Part shown: in pieces, positions 14,786 to 28,324 of the stretch
Layout of the letters: every line of letters starts with the position of its first letter
How positions within the stretch are numbered: position 1 is the first letter of the stretch
Source of the DNA: Octopus bimaculoides
Taxonomy: Eukaryota
Length of the DNA stretch: 64,000 nucleotides
Direction of reading: 5' to 3'
NCBI RefSeq assembly: GCF_001194135.2
Contig: NC_068982.1
Coordinates: forward strand, 45,822,841-45,886,840
Made by a program: the position numbers and the translations under genes
Notes under the pieces: model-generated
Database searches by the model: none
What the model was told of the DNA's origin: nothing
What the model saw: only the letters and a program-made list of their open reading frames with translations

Positions 14786-14957
14786 CATATACATATATAC
14801 GACGGTTTTTTTCAGTTACTGTCAACCAAATCCACTCACAAGGCTTTGGTCAGCCCTCGGCCATAGTAGAAGACACTTGCCGAAAGTGCCACGCAGTGGG
14901 ACTGAACCCGGAACCATGTGGTTGGTAAGCAAGCTACTTACGACACATCCACTCCTA
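14551..14957 (-). mobile_element. tRNA-derived SINE, family A, near full length
   Basis: ttttacttgtttcagtcatttgactgtggccatgctggagcacc ... (CA)n(TA)n ... aaatccactcacaaggctttggtc ... gggactgaacccggaaccatgtggttggtaagcaagctactt. Confidence 0.92.
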
Positions 14958-15529
14958 CACACACATATACATATACAAATGTGCACAAAACATATCCCGA
15001 ATACCTTCATGCGTACATATAGACGATTCCAGCTGCAGCTTGTGTAACACGATCCGATACACATGTTGACGCAAATGCACACACACACACACACAACTAT
15101 ACCACACGCGCACGCTCACGCACACACACATTCACAAACAATACACAACCGCACACACATAATTACATACACACACAATCATAATACACTGAAATACATT
15201 CATGAATGCACAATACACACACGCACACATACAAACACACCTGTTCATACCTGTACACAGTCGTATCATTGACATGGCGTACATGACATGTAAGCATATA
15301 TGGGGACACGCACTGTGCGGCGGCGAGGGGTTCGAGGGCTACATACACATGGGCATCGAGCAGTGGTCAGCTTCTATATGGGAGATCTTAAGAAGGTTGT
15401 GACATTAAGATGAATCAATAAAATTAATTCTTCAATTGAATAACGGAATCGGAGATTAATGCCGGATCAATTTATATGCATCGAAGTGTTATTCAAGTGT
15501 TACATTATATGCTCCACTGACGACAAAGA

Positions 15530-15544
15530 GGAAGGCGATGATGG

Positions 15545-15587
<43 letters not shown>

Positions 15588-15811
15588 AAAGTGGATGAGG
15601 AGGCGGATGTAGATGAGGAGTAGGAGGAGGAGGAGGAAGAGTAATGGTCGGGTGAAGACAGTGACAATGTTGATGATGATTGTGATGATGATGTTGGTGG
15701 TGGTGGAGGAGGGGATAATGATGATGATGGTGGCAGTGGTGGTGATGATGATGGTGATGATGATGATGATAGTGGCGGTGGTGGTGGTGGTGATGATGAT
15801 GATGATGATAG

Positions 15812-15843
<32 letters not shown>

Positions 15844-16019
15844 ATGAATGAAGCCTGTGATGACGATGATGATGGGAATGATGATGATGATAATAGCGGT
15901 GGTGGTGATGGTGGTGATGGTGATAATAATGATGATGATAATGATGGTGGTGGTGGTAGTGATGGCGATGACGATGATGATGACGATAGTGATGACGATG
16001 TTAATGACGATGGTGATGA

Positions 16020-16074
<55 letters not shown>

Positions 16075-16467
16075 GGTGGTGGCGGCGCTTGTAATAAAAA
16101 GGAACGTGATAGCAGTGTTGGCTGCAGTAATAGTGGTGACGGCTGTGTCAGCAGCAGTAGAGATTTGATAATAGTAGTAGTAGTGTTAGAGGTGGTAGTT
16201 ATTGTGGTAGGGATGGTGGTGGCGGTAGTGATGGTGAGATCGTATTCTTTTACAGTATCGGAGGTAGTATCAGTGGTAGTGATAGCGATGGTCGTTGTGA
16301 TAGTGGCGACAGTGTTAGCGGAATGTTTGTGGAGGCAACGATGCTAATAGTAACGGTGGTGGTAGTACAGGTAGCAGTAATGGTGATGGTGGTAGTAGTG
16401 GTGGTAGTGCCGGTGGTAGCGGTGGCAGTGGTGGTGGTGGTTGTAGTGCTGCTGATGGTAATGGTCG

Positions 16468-16513
<46 letters not shown>

Positions 16514-16625
16514 AAGGATGATAAAAATGATGATGGTGATTATGATGATGATGAAGATGATGACGACGACGACGAAGACAATAATGATGATGCAGGCAAT
16601 GGTAATGGGGTGGGGTGGGGTGGAT
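15530..16625. repeat. Mosaic trinucleotide low-complexity tract (GAT/GGT/GTT/GTA)n
   Basis: Successive runs of gat, ggt, gtt and gta. It produces the poly-M/V/D/G ORFs in the track. Confidence 0.9.
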
Positions 16626-16745
16626 GTCAGTGGTTATGATGGTAATTTTCTACTTCACGTATGATGTATGACACTTCAACAATGAGCCATTCAACTTTGA
16701 AATGTTGACAGTCCCAAATTAGCGCAGTTGACCGCAGAGGAAGCA

Positions 16746-17050
16746 GAAATAAATAAATAAAATAAAATAAATAAATAAAATATAATAAATAAATAAAATG
16801 AAATAAATAAGATATAATAAATAAATAAAATACAATAAATAAATAAAATATAATAAATAAATAAAATGAAATAAATAAGATATAATAAATAAATAAAATA
16901 CAATAAATAAAAAATATATAATAAATAAATAAAATAAAATAAATATGATATAATAAATAAATAAATAAAATACAATAAATAAATAAAATATAATAAATAA
17001 ATAAAATATAATAAATAAATAAAATATTATAAATAAATAAAATATAATAA
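16746..17050. repeat. AT-rich minisatellite (aaataaataaaatataat-like units)
   Basis: Tandem variants of aaataaataaaata(c/t)aat over about 300 bp. Confidence 0.9.
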
Positions 17051-17120
17051 AGTTATCCATTTGTCTTGGTTTAAGTTTATTTTTATTTAGTTGCTTTACT
17101 TTCTTGAGATTTTTTTCTCT

Positions 17121-17286
17121 TATCAGTAATTAGACTGTGGCCATGCTGGGGCACTACCAGGAATTTTTTTTTTGTATCCTAGCAATTATTCTATCCATCT
17201 CTTTTGCTGAACCGCTACATTACGGGGACGCAAACTCACCAACACCAGTTGTCAAGCAGTAGTGGAGGAACAAACATAGACATGCA

Positions 17287-17324
<38 letters not shown>

Positions 17325-17496
17325 TATATACGACGGGCTTCTTTCAGTTTCCGCCTACTAAATCTCCACTCACAAGGCTTTGGTCGGCCCGAAGCGATAA
17401 TAGAAGACACTTACCCAAAGTACCACTTAGTGGGACTGAACCCTGAACTATGTAGCTGGGAAGCAAGCTTTTCCCCACGTAGCCACGTCTGCGTCT
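17121..17496 (-). mobile_element. tRNA-derived SINE, family A
   Basis: gactgtggccatgctggggcac ... cgacgggcttctttcagtttccg ... cactcacaaggctttggtcggcccga ... gtgggactgaaccc. Confidence 0.88.
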
Positions 17497-17835
17497 TAGT
17501 TTATAACTCTTTCTTGAAAGGGCGAATCTCGAAGCAGAAAAAGCTACGATATCGTGTAAACACTGGGTATTTCTTCTGCAAGTGTGAACCCGTCAAAGTG
17601 AATTGCTCTTAAAGAACATTTAAGTACTGGTACTCCTCGCTAGAAATAGGAGTCACAACTTCCATAATTCAAACATTGCTGCGTTTGGAAACGGGACAAT
17701 AATTGGATAATTGGTTATAATTACTTAATTGCGTAAGTAATTGGATTGGATAATATACTTACACATCTCAAATGATATATCTGTATTCATATATGTATGT
17801 TAACATCTATTCATTCGTTCATTCCCTACCGGCCG

Positions 17836-18148
17836 TGAAGGCGCGTGGCTTAGTGGTTAGGGCATTCGGCTCATGATCGCAAGGTCGTGAGTTCGATTCC
17901 CGGCGGCGCGGGGTGTCCTTGAACAAGACACGTTATTTCACGTTGCTCTAGTCCATTCAGCCAGCGAAAATGAGTAGTACCTGTATTTCAAAGAGTCAGC
18001 CTTGTCACATTCTGTGTCACTCTGAGTCTCCCTAAGATACGTTGAGGTTACACGTCTCTATGAATTGTTCAGTCGCACGTTTATTCCATGAGCAGGTTAA
18101 TACGTTGATCGAATCAACTGGAACACACGTCGTAACTGACCGAGTGCC
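17836..18148 (+). mobile_element. tRNA-derived SINE, family C
   Basis: tgaaggcgcgtggcttagtggttagggcattcgg...gtgagttcgattcccggcgg: clear A/B boxes, and the body matches the other C copies. Confidence 0.9.
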
Positions 18149-18156
18149 AGACCACG

Positions 18157-18214
<58 letters not shown>

Positions 18215-20218
18215 TGTGCGTTTATGTGTGTATATATCTATCTATCTATCTATCTAAATATAGATGTATGAACAATTAATATAGACAGCCGTGTGCACTG
18301 TATTACCAAAAAGCAAAACTATAATTGTCAGTAAATATGACTAGGGTGTTAGAACACCTACATTGTTAGAAATAAGAGCTAACAAGCACTAATCCTGTAG
18401 TTAAAGCACATAATTGCATACTTATGCACTGACAGGGCCCGTAATCACCCGAAAACACCGGTCGAGAATTCCGAGCGAAACCGGCCGAAACTACTAAGAT
18501 GATCTCGAACTCCACTGAGGAAAAGAAGCTTCGAATAACCCGTCCTTGTTTTTTCCTTCCTTTTTTGTATCGTCTAACTGTCCGGATGTTTTGTTGTTAC
18601 CTGCTACATTCTTGTTCCACTTTTTGTGGTGCACCAGCATGACCGCAGCCACTTGGCTAAAACACATAAAATAAATATANNNNNNNNNNNNNNNNNNNNN
18701 NNNNNNNNNNNNNNNNNNNNNNNNNNNNNNNNNNNNNATATATATATATATATAGCGACGTACGTACACTTTTGGTCTCCTGTATACATATACATATATA
18801 TCTAAATTCTGTACGGCTCTTTCACTCTTTCCTTTAGTCCCCCTCACACTTCGATTTATTTCCACTTTTCTTTTCCTCGCTCCCCCTCTTTTTCTTACTT
18901 GTGTGCGCATATTTGTGTACATCTTGATATCATACAGCTTGGTAGGTAGATGGATAATATGTGTTCTTTCGAGTATCCATTCTGTAAAAGTGTATGCATG
19001 TTTTTATACATTTATATGTAAAAAAAATCTGTTAAACGTAGTTGGTAAGTACAGAGAAAACTGTAGTTTCAGCATTATTAGTAAAACTTGCTAAGTCACA
19101 AAATCTTTGATTCATATAACTATAAAAATAGAAACCAAATAGGATTTTAGATCAGGGCTTGAGGACTGATCGAAAGTTCTTATGAACGAAAACACAAATA
19201 CAAGGCCATTGCTTTAAAGAACTATTATTCAAAGCCTGGAAGGAGATCTCTCCATTTCCTAACAATGCCTAATTCATCATTTGTTATATGCACGTGTTTA
19301 TGATTTTGTTCTTCGCATCTTTTGACTTATCCTAAAGCGTTAACACAGAATCAGTCTTAGAACGTATTTTTACGACATATTCCTATGCACCAATAACTGT
19401 AGAAAATAATTTGCATTGCCTTGGATCACATACAATGTGATCGTCGTCAATGGATTATCAGTGTATGCTGTCGAATATAAAAAGTATCTGGTTTTTGGTA
19501 CAGTCAGCACTTCTAGACAACTTTTTATTTAACTCTTCATGTCTGATATTTCATAGTGCTAATCACTGGGAGGCTCTGTCTTTTTAAAGCCTCCTGATGT
19601 GTAGTAGAGTGCTCGAAACATGATATAATGTATTGTAAGACATGTTACGAAGTATGATTACGCATAATTCCTTCATACCTTGTATCAAAAGTTGGCTCTG
19701 TTTACAAGTGTGATGCTAAATAGTAGAAAGACATGATCACTGAGCATGAAATATTTTGGTGGAATGCTTTTGATCATAAGTCTGCTCAGTCAGAGTTGGC
19801 TCGGAGTTGAACAACACCAACAATTAATTTGTGCTGAAAAAATTAGAAAGCCTTGTCTGCCACCATATTTTTTACGTTCAATATTTCTATTGATTCACAC
19901 ACGCGCAAATATGCACGCACGCACGCACGCACACACAAACACACACACACACATACACACACCCATGCAGAGATGCTGCTTAATTAATCCGATCATATAT
20001 GTGGTTGGATTAAATTATCGACACGTCACACTTTGAAAATATTGCGCATAAAGTAGAATGCGTATATTTCATTAGAAGTTGAAGCTTACTGAATCGTAAT
20101 GCTAAGTTCCATTCTTCAAATGAATTAACGGTTAGAAACGTAAAGTTTTTTTTTCTCACGATCCACCACTACAGTCCACCAGACCTTAGTGTTGTTAAAA
20201 AAAAAAATTAAGGAATTA

Positions 20219-20256
<38 letters not shown>

Positions 20257-21121
20257 CTTTTTTTTTACTAACAACGAGAAACAAGCAATTGTTCAGACTC
20301 ATTCGACTCTTATTATTGATCTGGCAGGTTAAAATATGTTAACATTCCTCAGTTGCAATGACTGTATATTCTTGATTGTTTTCTATTTTGTCTCTTTTTA
20401 ACACGATGTGAATGTTCTGAAGTTCCATGAAGGTCTGCGAAAGAATTAGCGGATTTAATTGCTAATAATGTTACACAAGTGAAACTAATGACATCGTTTT
20501 CAGTAAAGCAATCATGGTAATATAATAACAAATTAAAAAAATAAAGCGAAATATTACAAAAGTTAAATATTTGATAATAGGTTTCATCATTAAACGATAA
20601 TAGATGGTTTGATATTTTAGGTTATAAATCAGGTTTTTAACCAGACTAGCTTTTTTTTGCGGTGATGTAAAGCAACAGTGATAAAGATAATTAAAACAAT
20701 GATAGAAAGTTAATTAAAATAAACAAAAAATATTTGATCTCAGTATTCGAATGATAAGTTGACAGTTCTTTGAGACTCATAATCAGAGTCAAAGACACAC
20801 ACTCAATCCCAAAGACTCAGTTTTTGGTAATGCATCAGTGATAAAGATAATTAAAATTATTTTATTTTAGAAATCAATAAAATAAAAGAAATAATATTGG
20901 TTTTAATTATTGAATTGCACAACCATAATTATTTCAGACTTTTGATCTGGGTTTCTATAACTCACACGATACTATTGCAGCAATAGGGAGACACTTGTCT
21001 CTGCGGTGGAATTTTCATACGTATATACATACATACATACATACATACATACATACACAATACATAACACACACACATCTAGATAGAAAGAGTAATAGTT
21101 TGAGAGAAATATATATATATA

Positions 21122-21198
<77 letters not shown>

Positions 21199-21649
21199 TG
21201 AATAGATAGACAAACATATTGATGTAAGGACTTCGGAAGTCCAGGTGAATGCCAAGTCAGTACCACAAAGGAGACCTAGGCTAACGGAATGTATAGGTAA
21301 GGGAAAAAAATGTATTCCGGTATTACAAATAATATTCCATACAAACTGCTAATCCTGGAAATATACTGATTGTGAGGTTGGTATATTCATCGAAGAGTAT
21401 AAATATAAGGAAACACAGGAATGAAATTACACACATGCATACACTCACACACAGATGTATACGCACATGTATATGCTTACATATACATACACACAGAAAT
21501 ATATATACACATATGCATATATATATATATATATATAAATACAGTGTACATTTAAACACATAAGAGGTATCCCTCATAGGATTCCTTGTACGCTATAAAG
21601 AACAGCTAAGTTCCAAATGCACACTGTATTTATATGAATATATATGTCC

Positions 21650-21874
21650 CCTCTATTTGCCACAAGGGGAAATAGAGAGGACAAACAAGGACAGACAAAG
21701 GGGTTAAGCCGATTACATCGGCATCAGTGCGTAACTGGTACTTAATTTATCGACCCCGAAAGGATGAAAGGCAAAGTCGACCTCAACGGAATTTGAACTC
21801 AGAACGTAACGATAGACGAAATATCGCTAAGCATTTCGCCCGACGTGCTAACGTTTCTGCCAGCTCACCGCCCT
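21650..21874 (-). mobile_element. SINE family B
   Basis: gtaactggtacttaatttatcgaccccgaaaggatgaaaggcaaagtcgacctc...gaatttgaactcagaacg...gctaacgtttctgccagctcaccgcc. Confidence 0.9.
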
Positions 21875-22250
21875 CACATAAAAATGTTCTTGTAATATCT
21901 ATAATGCTACATTCATGAAATGTTAACTATTAGCAATCTAACTGAGTGTAGCATTATAGATATTACAAGAACATTTTTATGCAGAACTCTTCGTATTCAT
22001 TGAATATATATTTTCTTCTTTCTACTGTAGGTATGACCTGGAAATTTGGTGGTGGGTGCTAGTCATTTATATCGATTACCAGTGCTCAATTGGTATTTAT
22101 TGCATCGAATTCAAAGATTGTAAAGCAAAATTGTCCTCGGTGGCATTTGAATCCAACACGAGAAGCCGGAAGAAATACTGCAAAGCACTTTGTTCGCCGA
22201 ACCAACGATTCTACTAGTTCGCCTCACATATTCATTATATATTTAGAGAA

Positions 22251-22470
22251 AAAGGTGGCAAGCTGGCAGAATCGTTAGCACGCTGGACGAAATGCTTAGC
22301 GGTATTTCACCCGTCGCTACGTTCTGAGTTCAAATTCCGCCTAGGTCGACTTTGCCTTTCATCTTTTCGGGGTTGATAAATTAAGTACCAGTTCAGTACT
22401 GGAGTCGATGTAATCTACTAGTCCCCTCCCCGAAAATATCAGGCCTTCTGCCTATAGTAGAAAGGATTAT
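22251..22470 (+). mobile_element. SINE family B (a degraded minus-strand B copy lies immediately upstream at ~22030-22222)
   Basis: aaaggtggcaagctggcagaatcgttagcacg...gagttcaaattccgcctaggtcgactttgcctttcatcttttcggggttgataaattaagtaccag. Confidence 0.9.
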
Positions 22471-23399
22471 ATATTTAGAGAGAGAGAGAGAGCATATGAG
22501 ATTCAGATAATTGAAATTCCGTTAACGAATAAAGCTTCTATGCAGTCACTTGACATTCGAGAAATAGCAACCGATGATATCTCGTATCACACATTACCTC
22601 CTTCAAAAAGAAAAAAAAATACCCCCAAAAAACTAAAGACGAATTGGAAACTGCACACCAGGATATACAAGAACATTTGACACTCATGACCAGATCGCTT
22701 TTGATCTTTGATCTAATCTGTCTCAAAGCATTGACATACTGGGAAATTGCCCAGGGGCCTCACAGATCAAGTGTACTAGTTCTGATCTCTGTATGTTGGA
22801 GTTGTCAATGAATATATGTTATAAGGCCTACTGCATTGATTTGTCCAGGAACTATATTACTACTAAGACGGCTCTGCAGTCTGGGGTAACTTGGGGCTTA
22901 TAAAAAAACTACGACATAGCATTTTGTTAGAAAGTGATCTCTGTGATCTCTGTCCAAACAAGAATATCTCACTATAAATACAATTTGGAGAATAAGCATC
23001 CTTAGACTCTTCTCCGGTGTTTGATGAGATACTCATGAGGCATAGCTGAACTTCATCAGAACTGAACAACACAAGGCAGCATCGACAATGACATTAACAA
23101 CAGCAACAGCATTAGTATCATCTACCACACGAGCATTAACATTAAAAATCATCATTCGAATTTTTGCATAGGAAGACTATGTAAAGTTATGTTTCTGGCG
23201 TCATGCAGTACAAGTAAGTTTATACGTGCACACGCACAAAACGATACGCTAACGCATAGTCACTTCATGTTACTAACAACTTCAAAATCACAGCCAAGCA
23301 CTCCGGGTTAAGTTCATTATCATGAGACTTGGCTGCCTTGCACACCTGCTTCACTTAACGTGTGATCTGCTCTTTGTCATATGAATCTACTTAAACCAC

Positions 23400-23448
<49 letters not shown>

Positions 23449-25834
23449 NNNNNNNNNNNNNNNNNNNNNNNNNNNNNNNNNNNNNNNNNNNNNNNNNNNN
23501 NNNNNNNNNNNNNNNNNNNNNNNNNNNNNNNNNNNNNNNNNNNNNNNNNNNNNNNNNNNNNNNNNNNNNNNNNNNNNNNNNNNNNNNNNNNNNNNNNNNN
23601 NNNNNNNNNNNNNNNNNNNNNNNNNNNNNNNNNNNNNNNNNNNNNNNNNNNNNNNNNNNNNNNNNNNNNNNNNNNNNNNNNNNNNNNNNNNNNNNNNNNN
23701 NNNNNNNNNNNNNNNNNNNNNNNNNNNNNNNNNNNNNNNNNNNNNNNNNNNNNNNNNNNNNNNNNNNNNNNNNNNNNNNNNNNNNNNNNNNNNNNNNNNN
23801 NNNNNNNNNNNNNNNNNNNNNNNNNNNNNNNNNNNNNNNNNNNNNNNNNNNNNNNNNNNNNNNNNNNNNNNNNNNNNNNNNNNNNNNNNNNNNNNNNNNN
23901 NNNNNNNNNNNNNNNNNNNNNNNNNNNNNNNNNNNNNNNNNNNNNNNNNNNNNNNNNNNNNNNNNNNNNNNNNNNNNNNNNNNNNNNNNNNNNNNNNNNN
24001 NNNNNNNNNNNNNNNNNNNNNNNNNNNNNNNNNNNNNNNNNNNNNNNNNNNNNNNNNNNNNNNNNNNNNNNNNNNNNNNNNNNNNNNNNNNNNNNNNNNN
24101 NNNNNNNNNNNNNNNNNNNNNNNNNNNNNNNNNNNNNNNNNNNNNNNNNNNNNNNNNNNNNNNNNNNNNNNNNNNNNNNNNNNNNNNNNNNNNNNNNNNN
24201 NNNNNNNNNNNNNNNNNNNNNNNNNNNNNNNNNNNNNNNNNNNNNNNNNNNNNNNNNNNNNNNNNNNNNNNNNNNNNNNNNNNNNNNNNNNNNNNNNNNN
24301 NNNNNNNNNTATATATATATATATATATATATATATGAAGAAAGTAGAAGCTTAGAGTAAGTTTTTGAAGGAAACTGAAGGATAGAGAGAAAGAGAGAAA
24401 ATAGTGAAGTAAAAAAAGTAAATCCGAAGAACAGAAACAAGCAAAAGTTTAAAGGAAAGAGGGTAGGGTGGGAGAGGGTGAGGAGGGAAAGAAGTAGGCA
24501 TCTTGTTTGAATGTGGGAAGAAGAAAACGTACCAGTCAGCAAAATAGAAAGTAAATGCGCGCACACGAGAGAGTGTGCCTACGTAGGTGAGCATGGGAGA
24601 GAGAGCAAAGAAAGCGAGAAAAGCAAGCAAACAAACAAAACACTTGGTTCATTTAAACATAAATGCGTGCATGTATGTGTGAATATATGTACACACGCAT
24701 ATGTCTGTCCGCAAGTATGCATACACGCACACACACACACGCACACATTTATATATTATGAAACCTTCCTATGTATTAAATAAGAATGTAAAAACATACA
24801 TAATAACCAGGCGATGTGTGTGAAATACGGAGGGCATCTCCTATGGAATGTTTTACGGTTTGCTGAGCACTCCTCTGATCGGAACCAGTTTTCCTTCTCC
24901 AATCAACGGCATAGATCAACTACTAAGAAAGCACTCATAAATTAAGCAAATACGTTAGTGGATACTCTGATTTGCATATTTGTGCTTCTGATGGCTCGTT
25001 CTTAATTAGATTATAATCTATGCACAATACAGCGTAATTCAGAAGAATTTAAGTAAATATAACCATAAAGCTTCAGTGTAGGTTACATAACAATATGGAT
25101 GTATAGGCATTCCCTCTATATCTTTGTTGACCAGACAAAAAAAGGTCCTGACAGAACGTTTCCCGCTTCCTTAAATGTTTGTGTCTTTCGTGCATGTGTC
25201 GACTTCCAGTAATTGAAATTATTACCACTACCATTAATTTCATACGTATCGAAGAAGCTGCAAGTGTCATGTCCCTTCCCCACAAATAGCAAATGATACA
25301 TACTTATATAGAAACATTCATACCATCCCATATATATATAAATATATAAATGTAAATATNNNNNNNNNNNNNNNNNNNNNNNNNNNNNNNNNNNNNNNNN
25401 NNNNNNNNNNNNNNNNNNNNNNNNNNNNNNNNNNNNNNNNNNNNNNNNNNNNNNNNNNNNNNNNNNNNNNNNNNNNNNNNNNNNNNNNNNNNNNNNNNNN
25501 NNNNNNNNNNNNNNNNNNNNNNNNNNNNNNNNNNNNNNNNNNNNNNNNNNNNNNNNNNNNNNNNNNNNNNNNNNNNNNNNNNNNNNNNNNNNNNNNNNNN
25601 NNNNNNNNNNNNNNNNNNNNNNNNNNNNNNNNNNNNNNNNNNNNNNNNNNNNNNNNNNNNNNNNNNNNNNNNNNNNNNNNNNNNNNNNNNNNNNNNNNNN
25701 NNNNNNNNNNNNNNNNNNNNNNNNNNNNNNNNNNNNNNNNNNNNNNNNNNNNNNNNNNNNNNNNNNNNNNNNNNNNNNNNNNNNNNNNNNNNNNNNNNNN
25801 NNNNNNNNNNNNNNNNNNNNNNNNNNNNNNNNNN

Positions 25835-25865
<31 letters not shown>

Positions 25866-25959
25866 AGGTTAAAAAAACACGGGCACGAACATGATCAGAA
25901 TAGATGGTAGGGAAAGACCTTATCAGTGAACGGCCATTTGAATTTGAATTTGAATTTGA

Positions 25960-26275
25960 AAGTGTATAGGCTTCTCAAAAGTAGAACGGAGAAAGCTGAT
26001 TCGAAGACTACAGATCCAAGCCACCACTGGAACTCTAAAAATCTGCAAAGCTTTCCAGGCATTTATCATTTAAGTATATATGAGCATGTCTAGATATGCA
26101 GGTATAATCATGAGAATACATAGATAAAACAAAACATACAAATCTGCACATATACATACATACATACATACAAAAATACCCAGTTGTTGAAGTTGAAATT
26201 CCAATGAAGGAGCTTTGGATCTAGGTTAGAAACCGAATCTCTCTCTATTGGCAACAAATCTTGAAATAAAACTGA
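25960..26275 (+). mobile_element. 3' end of RLE-type non-LTR retrotransposon (R4/Dong/NeSL-like), copy 1
   Basis: 25960-26073 translates KCIGFSKVERRKLIRRLQIQATTGTLKICKAFQAFII*, resembling the LQ...GT.KI.K C-terminus of RLE LINEs. The 3' UTR ends aataaaactgaataat, followed by (CATA)n. Confidence 0.55.
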
Positions 26276-26344
26276 ATAATGACATACATACATAAATACA
26301 TAAATACATACATACATACATACATACATGCATGCATACATATA

Positions 26345-26700
26345 AACTCTTATTTGTACCTAACATTATAGATACATTAGGTTATGTACCAATAAATTTA
26401 CACAAAACTTAGAAATACTAGGTTTTTCGAAGAAACAGCAAAAGAAACTGACGCAGATTCTCCGAACACAATCTTTTAGTGGTACAGTGAAAATTTGTAA
26501 GACATTCCAAAGATTCTTCAATTGAGATTCTTTAGGTAAATAGAGGCACACACTCGGATGTGTGCATCAACAGCTTCGCCAACCCACCAACTCAACCACA
26601 CATTCACAAACACCAGAGACTCCCTTGACACAAAATGTCCTGTCACTTTCTTAGCGACCGGCTTGCTATCTCTTAAAAAGGCTTTAAAAGGCAAAGAAAA
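26345..26700 (+). mobile_element. 3' end of RLE-type non-LTR retrotransposon (R4/Dong/NeSL-like), copy 2
   Basis: FVPNIIDTLGYVPINLHK, then after a frameshift NLEILGFSKKQQKKLTQILRTQSFSGTVKICKTFQRFFN* (stop 26523-26525). Paralogous to copy 1 and flanked by (TACA)n. Confidence 0.6.
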
Positions 26701-28184
26701 GCATACGTATATACATACATACATACATTCATATATACATTTGTGTGTAAGTGTGTTTGGGTATGTATGCATCTTTATGCCTGCGTGTATACGTATATAC
26801 ATTGGTGTTAATTACAATTACCTTGATCTATGTTTGTGACGTCACAGCAAAATTATATTATTCACATTGCCAAATTCAGAAAAAAGAAACAGTAAAGAAA
26901 TTGCCAGGTGTTCTCAGCTTCAAAAAACTCTAAAGTGACTTTTGAAAATCATGAGAACCTAGTTGCTAATCACATTTGTTCATTAACTCGCGTTTTATCC
27001 AGAAATAATCTTCACAGCAAGACTAAGTTTGTTTAAATACACTTAAAGATTTATTTTCTTACTTTCGTTTGAGTAAGTTAAAAAAACGGTTAACACTAAA
27101 ACCTTTTGGCTTTTTTGTTTTTCTTTTTCAATGAAATATATTTAAGTGTTTAGCATTCTGCAAGTTTACATTAACCTANNNNNNNNNNNNNNNNNNNNNN
27201 NNNNNNNNNNNNNNNNNNNNNNNNNNNNNNNNNNNNNNNNNNNNNNNNNNNNNNNNNNNNNNNNNNNNNNNNNNNNNNNNNNNNNNNNNNNNNNNNNNNN
27301 NNNNNNNNNNNNNNNNNNNNNNNNNNNNNNNNNNNNNNNNNNNNNNNNNNNNNNNNNNNNNNNNNNNNNNNNNNNNNNNNNNNNNNNNNNNNNNNNNNNN
27401 NNNNNNNNNNNNNNNNNNNNNNNNNNNNNNNNNNNNNNNNNNNNNNNNNNNNNNNNNNNNNNNNNNNNNNNNNNNNNNNNNNNNNNNNNNNNNNNNNNNN
27501 NNNNNNNNNNNNNNNNNNNNNNNNNNNNNNNNNNNNNNNNNNNNNNNNNNNNNNNNNNNNNNNNNNNNNNNNNNNNNNNNNNNNNNNNNNNNNNNNNNNN
27601 NNNNNNNNNNNNNNNNNNNNNNNNNNNNNNNNNNNNNNNNNNNNNNNNNNNNNNNNNNNNNNNNNNNNNNNNNNNNNNNNNNNNNNNNNNNNNNNNNNNN
27701 NNNNNNNNNNNNNNNNNNNNNNNNNNNNNNNNNNNNNNNNNNNNNNNNNNNNNNNNNNNNNNNNNNNNNNNNNNNNNNNNNNNNNNNNNNNNNNNNNNNN
27801 NNNNNNNNNNNNNNNNNNNNNNNNNNNNNNNNNNNNNNNNNNNNNNNNNNNNNNNNNNNNNNNNNNNNNNNNNNNNNNNNNNNNNNNNNNNNNNNNNNNN
27901 NNNNNNNNNNNNNNNNNNNNNNNNNNNNNNNNNNNNNNNNNNNNNNNNNNNNNNNNNNNNNNNNNNNNNNNNNNNNNNNNNNNNNNNNNNNNNNNNNNNN
28001 NNNNNNNNNNNNNNNNNNNNNNNNNNNNNNNNNNNNNNNNNNNNNNNNNNNNNNNNNNNNNNNNNNNNNNNNNNNNNNNNNNNNNNNNNNNNNNNNNATA
28101 AAATTCTCAAGGAGAGAGAATGAGAGAAGGAGAGTAAGCGCACAAATACGTAAAAATGCAGATATATGACTATGTGAATACATA

Positions 28185-28230
<46 letters not shown>

Positions 28231-28246
28231 TGTATGTATATATGTA

Positions 28247-28284
<38 letters not shown>

Positions 28285-28324
28285 ATGTATATATATGTGT
28301 GCGCGTATATATACATACACACAC

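Noticed and set aside
15613-16664. 244-aa and 113-aa poly-M/V/D/G ORFs
   Set aside because: Products of trinucleotide low-complexity repeats, with no domain or splice context.
18431-18492. GC-rich cagggcccgta... segment resembling a hAT terminus
   Set aside because: No matching opposite TIR or TSD found.
19588-19626. ctcCTGATGT...gctcGAAACatga hammerhead-like string
   Set aside because: A9 is substituted, there is no NUH triplet and no stem I partner; it could be chance.
22863-23072. 69-aa minus ORF, and the 25073-25285 ORF, as possible host exons
   Set aside because: No recognisable protein similarity or convincing paired splice sites.
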